From contig CAWJVX010000007.1 in NCBI GenBank assembly GCA_963846435.1, forward strand, positions 88,817 to 152,816: a DNA stretch of 64,000 nt, given 5' to 3'. The position numbers and the translations under genes are program-made. Numbering within the stretch: position 1 is the stretch's first letter; every line of letters starts with the position of its first letter. Shown here in pieces: positions 19,597 to 28,139 of the stretch. Source of the stretch: an uncultured Gemmatimonadales bacterium. Lineage in GTDB: Bacteria; Gemmatimonadota; Gemmatimonadetes; Gemmatimonadales; GWC2-71-9. The notes under the pieces are model-generated. The model was given only the letters and a program-made list of their open reading frames with translations, was not told the origin of the DNA and did no database searches.

Positions 19597-21207
19597 ATGA
19601 CACCCGATCTCGGATTTCCCGCGCCCCACTCCCGCCTCATCGAGACGGACAGCGGCCTCCCGCCTGCTGAACCTACGCCAGTCAGCCGCCAGGGGCTGCC
19701 CGAAGATCTGCTCCAGCAGGCCGCCCACCGGCTGGGACTCATCTGCGCCGTCATCGCGGGCCTCTGGATCGCAGAGCTGCTGCTGTTTCACCTCGTCATG
19801 CCGGCCCCGACGACATACCCCGACACCGCGATCTTCCGGCTGTTCGAGGTCATGGGGGCGGTCACGCTCGTGGTCTCGCTGGGCCTGTTCTGGTACGCCC
19901 GCAGATCCCGGCGCGACCCCCGGTTCCTGCTTAATCTGGGTCTGGTCTACGAGGTGCTGATCGCGCTCTCCGTCGGCCTGCTCGACTGGGCCTACAACCC
20001 GCCGATCGGGCTCTCCTGGATGCCCATCATCATCCTCATCTTCGCAGCGATGATTCCCGCCCCGCCAGCGAAGACCCTCCTCGTGGCACTTCTGGCGGCA
20101 TCCATGAGCCCGGTGGGCGCGATCATTTGGAAGGCCGCCGGGCAGCAACACGTGTCCAGCGCAAGCCAGGTGTTCCTCCATGCCTTCCCCAACTACCTCT
20201 GCGCCCTGATCGCACCGCTCATCTCCCACATCATCACCGGCCTGGGTCGCGAGGTCAGGCGGGCGAGGGAGATGGGCAGCTACGTCCTGGGGAACCTCAT
20301 CGGCAGCGGGGGGATGGGCGAAGTGTGGCAGGCCACCCATCGATTTCTGGTGCGCCCGGCGGCCATCAAGCTGATCAAGCCCGACGTGCTGGGGGCGCTG
20401 ACGAAAGCGCAGGGCGACGTGCTGGTGGAACGGTTCCGGCGCGAGGCCAGGGCCGCGGCCAACCTCCGTTCACCGCATACGATTCAGCTCTACGACTTCG
20501 GGGTGGCCAGCAACGGCACCTTTTATTACGTGATGGAGCTGCTCAACGGGATGGACCTGCAGACCCTGGTCTCGAAGCACGGCCCGCTTCCGGCCGCCCG
20601 GACGATCTTCCTGCTCCAGCAGGCCTGCGAGTCGCTGGCCGAGGCGCACGAGCGCGGCCTGGTCCACCGCGACATCAAGCCGGCCAACATCCAGGTCTGC
20701 CGCATGGGCCACTACTTCGACTATGTGAAGGTGCTCGACTTCGGGCTGGTGAAGACTGTGCCAACCGCAGCCATGCCTGAGCTGGCTGCCAACCTCACCG
20801 CAGCGAACACCGTCACCGGCACGCCGGCGTATCTCTCACCGGAGAGTGCGCTGGGCGAGCGGGTGGACCAGCGCAGCGATATCTACGCCCTGGGCTGCGT
20901 GGCCTACTGGATGCTGACCGGGCGTTACGTATTCACCGGAGACAGCTCGCTCCAGATCGTGGCCCGGCACGTCAATACCGCGCCGGTGCCGCCCTCGAGA
21001 CATAGTGCCTTCGACATCTCTCCGGCCCTGGATGAGCTGGTGATGGCCTGCCTCAAGAAGAGGCCCTCGGACCGGCCCGCCACCGCTCGGGAGCTCTGCG
21101 ACCGGCTGGGACGTTGCGAGGTCGAATCGGTGTGGACCCGGGAGGATGCGCGGCAGTGGTGGGAGACCCGGATGGCGCCGGAGGCTCTGGTCAACCTGGT
21201 GGATTAG
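19597..21207 (+). CDS. Ser/Thr protein kinase with N-terminal multi-TM domain (paralogue of 10333..11913)
   Basis: The TM block shares IPAPPAK.L...LLAASM with the paralogue. Then IGSGGMGEVW, AIKLI, HRDIKPANI, DFGLVK, GTPAYLSPE. Confidence 0.85.
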   Translation: MTPDLGFPAPHSRLIETDSGLPPAEPTPVSRQGLPEDLLQQAAHRLGLICAVIAGLWIAELLLFHLVMPAPTTYPDTAIFRLFEVMGAVTLVVSLGLFWYARRSRRDPRFLLNLGLVYEVLIALSVGLLDWAYNPPIGLSWMPIIILIFAAMIPAPPAKTLLVALLAASMSPVGAIIWKAAGQQHVSSASQVFLHAFPNYLCALIAPLISHIITGLGREVRRAREMGSYVLGNLIGSGGMGEVWQATHRFLVRPAAIKLIKPDVLGALTKAQGDVLVERFRREARAAANLRSPHTIQLYDFGVASNGTFYYVMELLNGMDLQTLVSKHGPLPAARTIFLLQQACESLAEAHERGLVHRDIKPANIQVCRMGHYFDYVKVLDFGLVKTVPTAAMPELAANLTAANTVTGTPAYLSPESALGERVDQRSDIYALGCVAYWMLTGRYVFTGDSSLQIVARHVNTAPVPPSRHSAFDISPALDELVMACLKKRPSDRPATARELCDRLGRCEVESVWTREDARQWWETRMAPEALVNLVD

Positions 21208-21818
21208 GAGCGGGCCGGCACCGGCCAGATAGGCATTCCCCTTCGAATCTGCCCTCCCACGGGCAGCGCCGCCAGCACATCTTCCGGTCCATGACAGACC
21301 TCAAGACTTCAGCGCCGCACCCAGCCGGCTGGGGGACCGGCGCCGTCGGCACCGATCCGCTCGACCAGCTGGTCCACCTCTCCCGCCTCATGGGTCAGGA
21401 CACCCGGCTGGTGCAGCCGGGCGGCGGCAACACCTCCACCAAGGTGGGAGACATCCTGCTGGTGAAGGGCAGCGGCACCGACCTGCGCACGATCACCCGC
21501 GAGGGCTTCAGCCAGCTTTCGCTGTCCCGGCTGGCGGCACTGCGGGACGCGGAGGCGATGAGCGACGCCGAGATGATGCGGTTCATGGCCGGCTGCATGC
21601 TGGCCGAGGGGCCGGCTCCCAGCGTGGAGACGCCGTTGCACTCGCTGCTGCCCCAGCGGGTCATCGCCCATACCCACGACGTGGCCACGATGAGCCTGAC
21701 CAACGTCAGGGACGCGGTGGCGGAGCGGCTGGTGGGTGAGCTGTTCCAGGGCCGCATCGTGTACGTGCCCTATGTCCGCCCCGGGTTTCCGCTCGCACAG
21801 ACGGTCGGGCGCCTGGTT

Positions 21819-21869
21819 GGACGGGGGACGGACGGGCGGGCAGGCGGGCGGACGGGCGGACGGACGGGC
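21819..21869. repeat. GGACGGGC-type G-tract repeat inside the aldolase gene (arm A of an inverted pair)
   Basis: ggacgggggacggacgggcgggcaggcgggcggacgggcggacggacgggc, with seven GGG or longer tracts on the plus strand. Confidence 0.9.
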
Positions 21870-22004
21870 AGATCCCGGCGGATGCCATTGGACTCGCGCT
21901 GGGGCACCACGGATTGGTGGTCTGGGCAGAGAATGCCGAGGAGTGTTACGCCCGATTGGTCGAGGTCACCGGCCGGATTGACGAATACTTGGCGACAAAG
22001 CGGA

Positions 22005-22043
22005 CCGTCCGCCCGTCCATCCGTCCGCCCGTCCGCCCGTCCG
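22005..22043. repeat. inverted copy (arm B) of the GGACGGGC repeat
   Basis: ccgtccgcccgtccatccgtccgcccgtccgcccgtccg. Its reverse complement contains cggacgggcggacgg, identical to 21849-21863. Confidence 0.9.
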
Positions 22044-23396
22044 ACGAGCGGCGCCGGTTGGCCGAGCTGGTGCTCCCGGTGATCCGGGGAGCGCTGGGCA
22101 AGCCGGAGCGAGTGATCCTCCACTACGACGGCGACGACGAGCGTGCTGGCAACCCTGGCGGGCGAACGGGTGTCTGAGCTGGTGAGCCGGGGGATGGCTA
22201 CCCCGGAGCACTTGCTTCGCGCCGGCCGGCTGCCGGTCTGGCTGGACCTGGACCCGAAGGCGCCGGCCGACCAGATGGCGGACGCAGTTCGAGCTCGACT
22301 GACGGAGGCGCGGGCCGAGTACGAGCAATACCACCAGCGCAATGCCGGGGCGGGGGAGCGGCCCCTGGACGACTGGGCCAAGGTGGTGCTCGCTCCCGGG
22401 CTCGGCGTGATCACCGCGTTCAGCGACAAGCGGAACGCGGTCACCGCCAATCTCTGCTACCGGGCGGTGCTGGAGACCATCGCCAACGCGGAGGCGGTGG
22501 ACCGATTCGAGTTCATCCCCGAAAGCGATGTCTTCGAGTTCGAGCACTGGCCACTGGAGCGCCGGAAGGTGGAGGAGCAGGTGGCCAGGGAGCGGACGAC
22601 CAAGCTGCTGCCTCGCCACATCGTGGTGATCATCGGCGGCGGCAGCGGCATCGGGAAGGCGGCCGCGTGGCGGTTTGCGGAGGAGGGTGCCCACGTGGTG
22701 GTGGCGGACCTGGACGGGGAGACGTCCCAGGGAGTGGCCGGCGAGATCGCGGCCAAGCTGCCGGGCAGAGCGGTGGGGGCCGCGACCGACGTCCGGGACG
22801 ACGCCAGCCTGGACGCGCTGTTCCGCCAGACCGTGCTCGAGTTCGGCGGGCTCGACTGCCTGTTCTACACCGCGGGGCTGCCGCCCCGCTTTGCGCCGAT
22901 CACCGAGATCCGGCGGGAGGACCTCCAGCGCCAGCTCGAGGTGCACTACCTCGGCGCGGTGGCGGCCATCGGCCGGGCGGCGGCGATCATGCGGCGCCAG
23001 GGGCTGGGCGGGTCGATCGTGGCCTCGGTATCCAAGGCGGCCCTGGTGCCGGGGCGCGACGCGGTTGCCTACGGCGGGAGCAAGGCGGCGCTGCTCCAGG
23101 CGCTAAGGGTGGCGGCGGTGGAGCTGGGGGGCGACGGGATCCGGGTCAACGCCATCAACGCCGACCAGATTGAAACCCCGCTCTTCCTTCAGTTCGTAAG
23201 GGAACGGGCCGCCAGCCGGGGGGTGTCGGTCGAGGAGCAGCTGGCCGTCTACCGGAGCCGGAACCTCATGGGTGCCACACTCATACCGCCCGAGGCGGTG
23301 GCGGACCTGGCGGTGCTGCTGGCGAGCGACCGGTTCCGCTTCACTACCGGTGACATCCTCACCGTGGACGGCGGGTTGCCGGAGGCGTTTCCGCGG

Positions 23397-23474
23397 TAGG
23401 GCGGTAGGCGGTAAGGCGGTACCAGTATCCGTTTAGGTTTCACTTGACCCTAGACCCTAGACTCTGGACCCTAG
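23397..23474. repeat. two adjacent short-period tandem repeats (GGCGGTA units, then GACCCTA units) filling an intergenic spacer
   Basis: tagggcggtaggcggtaaggcggtacc ... cttgaccctagaccctagactctggaccctag, read directly. Confidence 0.85.
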
Positions 23475-23480
23475 ATAAGC

Positions 23481-24167
23481 ATGACACTTTTCCGAACATT
23501 CTCGACGCCCGCACTCCTGGCCGCCGCGCTTACCCTGGCCGCCTGCGGCGGTCACCAGAGCGGGACCGGCGTCGCCCCCGAGCCAAAGCCCGCCGGCCAG
23601 GCCGACATCTACGCCATTGCCAAGGCCAAGGCCGACAGCGCCCGCTATCCCTATACCGAGGCGGACGTTCACTTCATGTCCGGCATGATCCACCACCATG
23701 CCCAGGCCATCGTGATGTCCAACTGGGCGCCCACCCACGGGGCCAGCCCCTCGCTCCGCATCCTGGCCGAGCGGATCATCAACGCCCAGCAGGACGAGAT
23801 CGGGACCATGCAGCGCTGGCTCCGCGCCCGGGGTCAGCCGGTGCCGGAAGCGAGCCCCACCGGCATGAAGATGAAAATGGGTGGGATGGAGCACGAGATG
23901 CTGATGCCCGGCATGCTCACCGAGGAGCAGATGCGGGAGCTGGACCAGGCCCGGGGGCCGGAGTTCGACCGGCTGTTCCTGACCTTCATGATCCAGCACC
24001 ACAAGGGAGCCGTGTCCATGGTGCAGGACCTGTTCGGGACCAACCGCGCCGCCCAGGACGAGACGGTGTTCAAGTTCGCCAACGACGTCAGCGTGGATCA
24101 ATCCACCGAGATCGCCCGGATGGAGAAGATGCTGGCCGCCTCCGGGCACGGGGCCAGCGGCCGGTGA
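23481..24167 (+). CDS. DUF305 family lipoprotein (metal-homeostasis associated)
   Basis: Lipobox LTLAAC. Duplicated His-rich helices MIHHHAQAIVMS and MIQHHKGAVSM. Confidence 0.8.
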   Translation: MTLFRTFSTPALLAAALTLAACGGHQSGTGVAPEPKPAGQADIYAIAKAKADSARYPYTEADVHFMSGMIHHHAQAIVMSNWAPTHGASPSLRILAERIINAQQDEIGTMQRWLRARGQPVPEASPTGMKMKMGGMEHEMLMPGMLTEEQMRELDQARGPEFDRLFLTFMIQHHKGAVSMVQDLFGTNRAAQDETVFKFANDVSVDQSTEIARMEKMLAASGHGASGR

Positions 24168-24256
24168 AACCGCTCTCGCCATCCATCCGTAACTCCACCA
24201 ATAGCCAATAGCCAATGGCCCTTAGTCAATATCAGCCCCCTCTCAAGGACACAGGA

Positions 24257-26260
24257 ATGGCTTCCGCCAGAAACACGTCGCTCTCGCTCGCCCTCGGGCT
24301 CCTGTCCCTGGCCGGGTGCTCCCGCTCCACCTCCTCATCCAATGGCAATGCCCCCTCGCCCGTCCGGTCCGCCGGCGCGCCGAACCCCGACCCGCGGGTC
24401 GGGCTCAAGGCCGGGCTGATGGATGCCCAGGAGGCCACCTGGAACATGAATGTGCTCTCCAAGACCCCACCGTCGGAGCCGTTCCTGGGCCAGACCAACT
24501 CCGACCTGGCCTTCAAGGGGACCTACGCCATCCAGGGGAGCTATAACGGGTACCAGGTGTGGAACATCGCCAATCCGCGCAAACCCACCTTGGAGACGGC
24601 GTACGTCTGCCCCGCCTCGCAGAGCGACGTCTCGGTCTACCAGAACCTGCTCTTCGTTTCCGGCGAGAATCTTGCCGCCCGACTCGACTGCGGCGCCGGG
24701 GGCGTGGAGGACACGGTCAGCACCGAGCGGCTCCGCGGCATCCGAATCTTCGACATCACCGACATCGCCCATCCCAAGAACGTGGGCAACGTGCAGACCT
24801 GCCGGGGCTCGCACACCCACACGGTGCTGGTGGATCCGAAGGACAAGGAGAACGTCTACGTCTACATCTCGGGGTCGTCCAACGTGCGGTCGCCCAGCGA
24901 GCTTCCCGGCTGCGTGAGCGCGCCCAAGGACCCCAATTCGGCGCTGTTCCGGATCGAGGTCATCAAGGTGCCGCTGGCGCATCCGGAGCAGGCGGCCATC
25001 ATCAGCTCGCCCCGGATCTTCAACGATCTGGTGGCGCCGCCGAAGCATGGCGAGGCGCCGGAGGACATCGCGGCGGAAAAGAAGGAGCTGGAGGAGGCCA
25101 AGGCCAAGGGCGGGTTCGTCGCGACCTTCGACGGCAAGGAGGAGGTCATCCACCCGATGTGGGTGGCGGAGATGCTGGACAGCGTGGTCAAGGCGCGGAA
25201 CGGAACCGGCGCGCCGACTGCGCAGGACAGCGCCGCGCTCCGGCAGGCGCTGCCGGGCATCGTGGAAGCCGCGGTCGCGGCCCACAAGGCCCAGATGCCG
25301 GATTCCAACGCCGGTCCCACCCAGTGCCACGACATCACCGTTTACCCGGCCATCGGCCTGGCCGGCGGCGCCTGCGGTGGCTATGGGCTGTTGCTCGACA
25401 TCAGCGATCCGGCCCATCCGAAGCGGATCGGCGCGGTGGCCGACTCCAACTTCTCCTACTGGCATTCGGCCACCTTCAATAACGACGGCACCAAGATCCT
25501 CTTCTCCGATGAGTGGGGCGGCGGCGGGCAGCCCAAGTGCCGCATCACGGACAAGCCGGAGTGGGGCGCGGACGCCATCTTCACCCTGCAGAACCGGAAG
25601 ATGGAGTTCCAGAGCTACTACAAGATGCCGGCGCCGCAGACTCCGCAGGAGAACTGCGTGGCCCACAACGGATCGCTGATCCCGATCCCGGGACGCGACG
25701 TGATGGTGCAAGCGTGGTATCAGGGCGGCATCTCGGTGTTCGACTGGACCGATGCCAAGCATCCCAAGGAGATTGCCTTCTTCGATCGGGGCCCGGTGGA
25801 CTCCACCGAGATGGGGAACGGCGGGTCGTGGTCGGTCTACTGGTACAACGGGGTCATGGTAAGCTCGGAAATCTCCCGCGGGCTCGACATCTTCGAGCTG
25901 AAGCCGAGCGCGTTCATCTCCAAGAACGAGATCGAGGCGGCCAAGTCGGTGAAAATGGACTACCTCAACACCCAGGGGCAGCAGAAGCTGGTCTGGCCGG
26001 CGAGCCTGTCACTGGCCCGGGCCTACCTCGATCAGCTGGAGCGGTCCAAGGGCCTCGACGCGGGCAGGATCGCGGCGGCGCGGGAGGAGCTGGCCCGGGC
26101 CGAGACGGCGTCGGGCATGGAGCAGCGTGCGGCGCTGACCCAGCTGGCCACCCGGCTGGAGCGTGATGTGAATGCGTCCAAGGACGCGATCAAGGTGCGG
26201 ACGCTGGCCGGGGTGGTGAAGGAGTTGGCCACCGAGCCGCGATTGGCCCAGGGTCAATAA
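24257..26260 (+). CDS. large secreted lipoprotein, probable beta-propeller (LVIVD-repeat-like by recollection)
   Basis: Lipobox LLSLAGC. Repeated beta-strand-rich units (NLLFVSGEN, VYVYISGSS, ILFSDEWGGG, VMVSSEISRGLDIFEL). The family assignment is from memory of proteins found next to DUF305 and is not verified. Confidence 0.6.
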   Translation: MASARNTSLSLALGLLSLAGCSRSTSSSNGNAPSPVRSAGAPNPDPRVGLKAGLMDAQEATWNMNVLSKTPPSEPFLGQTNSDLAFKGTYAIQGSYNGYQVWNIANPRKPTLETAYVCPASQSDVSVYQNLLFVSGENLAARLDCGAGGVEDTVSTERLRGIRIFDITDIAHPKNVGNVQTCRGSHTHTVLVDPKDKENVYVYISGSSNVRSPSELPGCVSAPKDPNSALFRIEVIKVPLAHPEQAAIISSPRIFNDLVAPPKHGEAPEDIAAEKKELEEAKAKGGFVATFDGKEEVIHPMWVAEMLDSVVKARNGTGAPTAQDSAALRQALPGIVEAAVAAHKAQMPDSNAGPTQCHDITVYPAIGLAGGACGGYGLLLDISDPAHPKRIGAVADSNFSYWHSATFNNDGTKILFSDEWGGGGQPKCRITDKPEWGADAIFTLQNRKMEFQSYYKMPAPQTPQENCVAHNGSLIPIPGRDVMVQAWYQGGISVFDWTDAKHPKEIAFFDRGPVDSTEMGNGGSWSVYWYNGVMVSSEISRGLDIFELKPSAFISKNEIEAAKSVKMDYLNTQGQQKLVWPASLSLARAYLDQLERSKGLDAGRIAAAREELARAETASGMEQRAALTQLATRLERDVNASKDAIKVRTLAGVVKELATEPRLAQGQ

Positions 26261-26310
26261 GGGAATCTGGCTGGGCGTCGGCCGGCGCCCCCCAGAACTG
26301 TACTGCCGGG

Positions 26311-26340
26311 AGGTCGGGCGCCATTGCTGGTGCCCGACCT
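26311..26340. terminator. hairpin between convergent genes
   Basis: aggtcgggcgcc - attgct - ggtgcccgacct (10 of 12 positions pair). Confidence 0.45.
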
Positions 26341-26369
26341 CTCCGCGTTCGAGCCTGCAGAGCCGCGCG

Positions 26370-27803
26370 TCAGAGCGAGGTCAGGAACGCCACCAGCGCG
26401 TCGCGATCCGGCGCAGAAAGCCGCAGCACACGGTCGCGCGCCGCCTGCCCCTCGCCCCCATGCCAGAGTATCGCCTCCAGCAACGAGCGCGCTCGCCCGT
26501 CGTGCATGAAGTTCGTGTGACCGTTCACCACGCTGACCAGCCCGATGCCCCAGAGGGGTGGCGTGCGCCATTCGCTGCCCGACGCCCGGAAATCGGGACG
26601 ACTGTCGGCCAGCGCGGGCCCCATATCGTGCAGCAGGAGGTCGGTATACGGGTGAATTACCTGGTTCGAAACCTCAGGCACCCCGCGCAGCACTCCGGTG
26701 CGCAGCGTCGGCGTGTGGCAACCGTCGCAGCCGCTGGCATAGAACAGGCGCTCGCCGCGCTGGGTCGTGGGGTCGTCGAGATCGCGCCGGGCCGGAACGG
26801 CGAGCGTTTGGGTGTAGAACGCGACCGCGGCCACTGTCTCATCGTCGACCTCAGCCGGATGCCGCTCGCAGCCGGGACGTCCTTCGCAGGACTCGGCCGG
26901 GAAGAGGGTGGAGGTTACGCCCATGTCGCCGTTGTACGCCCCCGCTGCCTGCTGGAAGAGGTTGGGTGCATTCGCCTTCCATCCGAACCGGCCGACCACG
27001 GTGCGCTGCCGGCGCTCATCCCAGACGTAGTTGGGCCGCCCCGAGATGCCCTGGTGAGCGCGGCTGCTGGCATAGCCGTTCGCCAGCAGGTTGGACTCGG
27101 ATACCGCCTCCAGCAGCCCCAGGCCGAACACGGCGGGCCCGACTCGCGGCGAAAACAGCAGTCCCGCTGGGAGCGAGCTATACAAGCCGGTAAGGGTGTA
27201 CTGCGGCACCTGGAGCCGGTACCTCGTGCCATCGGCAAACCTGCCGTCCTTCTCGAAGTACCTCACCATAGCCCTGACCTCGGCGGTGAATCCAGCGATG
27301 GCCCGCAGCTGGAGCTGCCCACCGAAACCGGGAGCCGGGCGGGGGCCTCCGTGCGGCCCGAATCCGGCCACGCTCGAGCGAAATAGCATCCCGTCCTGCC
27401 GGTCGAAGGCCTCGCCATTCTTCGGTGGCCGGGCGCGCCCGTCTCCCACATGACACGCTTCACAGGAGACGTTGTCGAACACCGGGCCCAGACCGGGGTG
27501 CTCAGCACCGGGGCCCACGCCAAAGGCATCCTCGAAACCCTCGTCGCCTTCGTCATGGAGTGCGAGGTTGCTGATATTCGCCGCCGGAAAGGAAAACGCG
27601 TCCGGGCTGACGTCGAAGACGGTCGTCGCCCCACCCGAGAGCGCGGTGTGCGCCCCGAATCCAGAGCCGCTGAAGTCGAGCTCGATGTCGGATCGATCGT
27701 TGTCTGGCGGCGGAGCTTCCGGCTGGTCTGGAGCCATGATGCTGCTCTGATCACTACAGGCCATGACCCAGACCAGGACGATGGCCAAAGCTTTGCGCGA
27801 CAT
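26370..27803 (-). CDS. di-haem cytochrome c peroxidase-like protein (DUF1111 family)
   Basis: Two CxxCH sites (SCEACHVGDG and GCDGCHTP). Lipoprotein-like MSRKALAIVLVWVMACS. AGGAGG upstream of ATG 27803. Confidence 0.8.
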   Translation of the reverse strand: MSRKALAIVLVWVMACSDQSSIMAPDQPEAPPPDNDRSDIELDFSGSGFGAHTALSGGATTVFDVSPDAFSFPAANISNLALHDEGDEGFEDAFGVGPGAEHPGLGPVFDNVSCEACHVGDGRARPPKNGEAFDRQDGMLFRSSVAGFGPHGGPRPAPGFGGQLQLRAIAGFTAEVRAMVRYFEKDGRFADGTRYRLQVPQYTLTGLYSSLPAGLLFSPRVGPAVFGLGLLEAVSESNLLANGYASSRAHQGISGRPNYVWDERRQRTVVGRFGWKANAPNLFQQAAGAYNGDMGVTSTLFPAESCEGRPGCERHPAEVDDETVAAVAFYTQTLAVPARRDLDDPTTQRGERLFYASGCDGCHTPTLRTGVLRGVPEVSNQVIHPYTDLLLHDMGPALADSRPDFRASGSEWRTPPLWGIGLVSVVNGHTNFMHDGRARSLLEAILWHGGEGQAARDRVLRLSAPDRDALVAFLTSL

Positions 27804-28139
27804 ACAACCTCCTGTCGCTCGGGGAACCGGGGGGCGCAACGGGTCGGGCACGGCGTCTCGCATGCCCGAGCTCAGTGCGGAAGGGGTTTCGATCAGGGCG
27901 CGCATCCTGATTGAGCCGAGTTCCGCCGGCTGACGCAGGATGGCGTCCGGTCTAGACGCCCGAAATCAATTGTTGTTGGGGTCTTTTTGAGATTATTACG
28001 ATCGCGATGGAACGGTGCCGGGTTGGCGCAGTCTCGTCATCAGAGTGCTCGCGATGGCTTCACTATGGGAAGCGGGCAGGGGCCTGTCAAGGTTTTGCTG
28101 CGTGTCCTCAAAGCTGCCGCGGACGACTACGGACGGGGG

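Larger units (their letters stand above)
21291..23399 (+). pseudogene. bifunctional class II aldolase (rhamnulose-1-phosphate aldolase-like) / short-chain dehydrogenase, two frame breaks
   Basis: N-terminal GGGNTSTK...VKGSGTDL...IAHTHD (aldolase). C-terminal IGGGSGIGKAAA...YGGSKAA (SDR). The coding phase goes 0 -> 2 inside the repeat at 21819-21869 and 2 -> 0 near 22135-22145. The conserved HHGLVVWAENAEECY segment is in ORF 21914..22177. Confidence 0.8.

Noticed and set aside
21819-22043. The inverted GGACGGGC repeats as termini of a MITE or insertion element.
   Set aside because: The 135 nt between the arms encode a conserved internal segment of the aldolase (HHGLVVWAENAEECY...), so the arms do not bracket foreign DNA.
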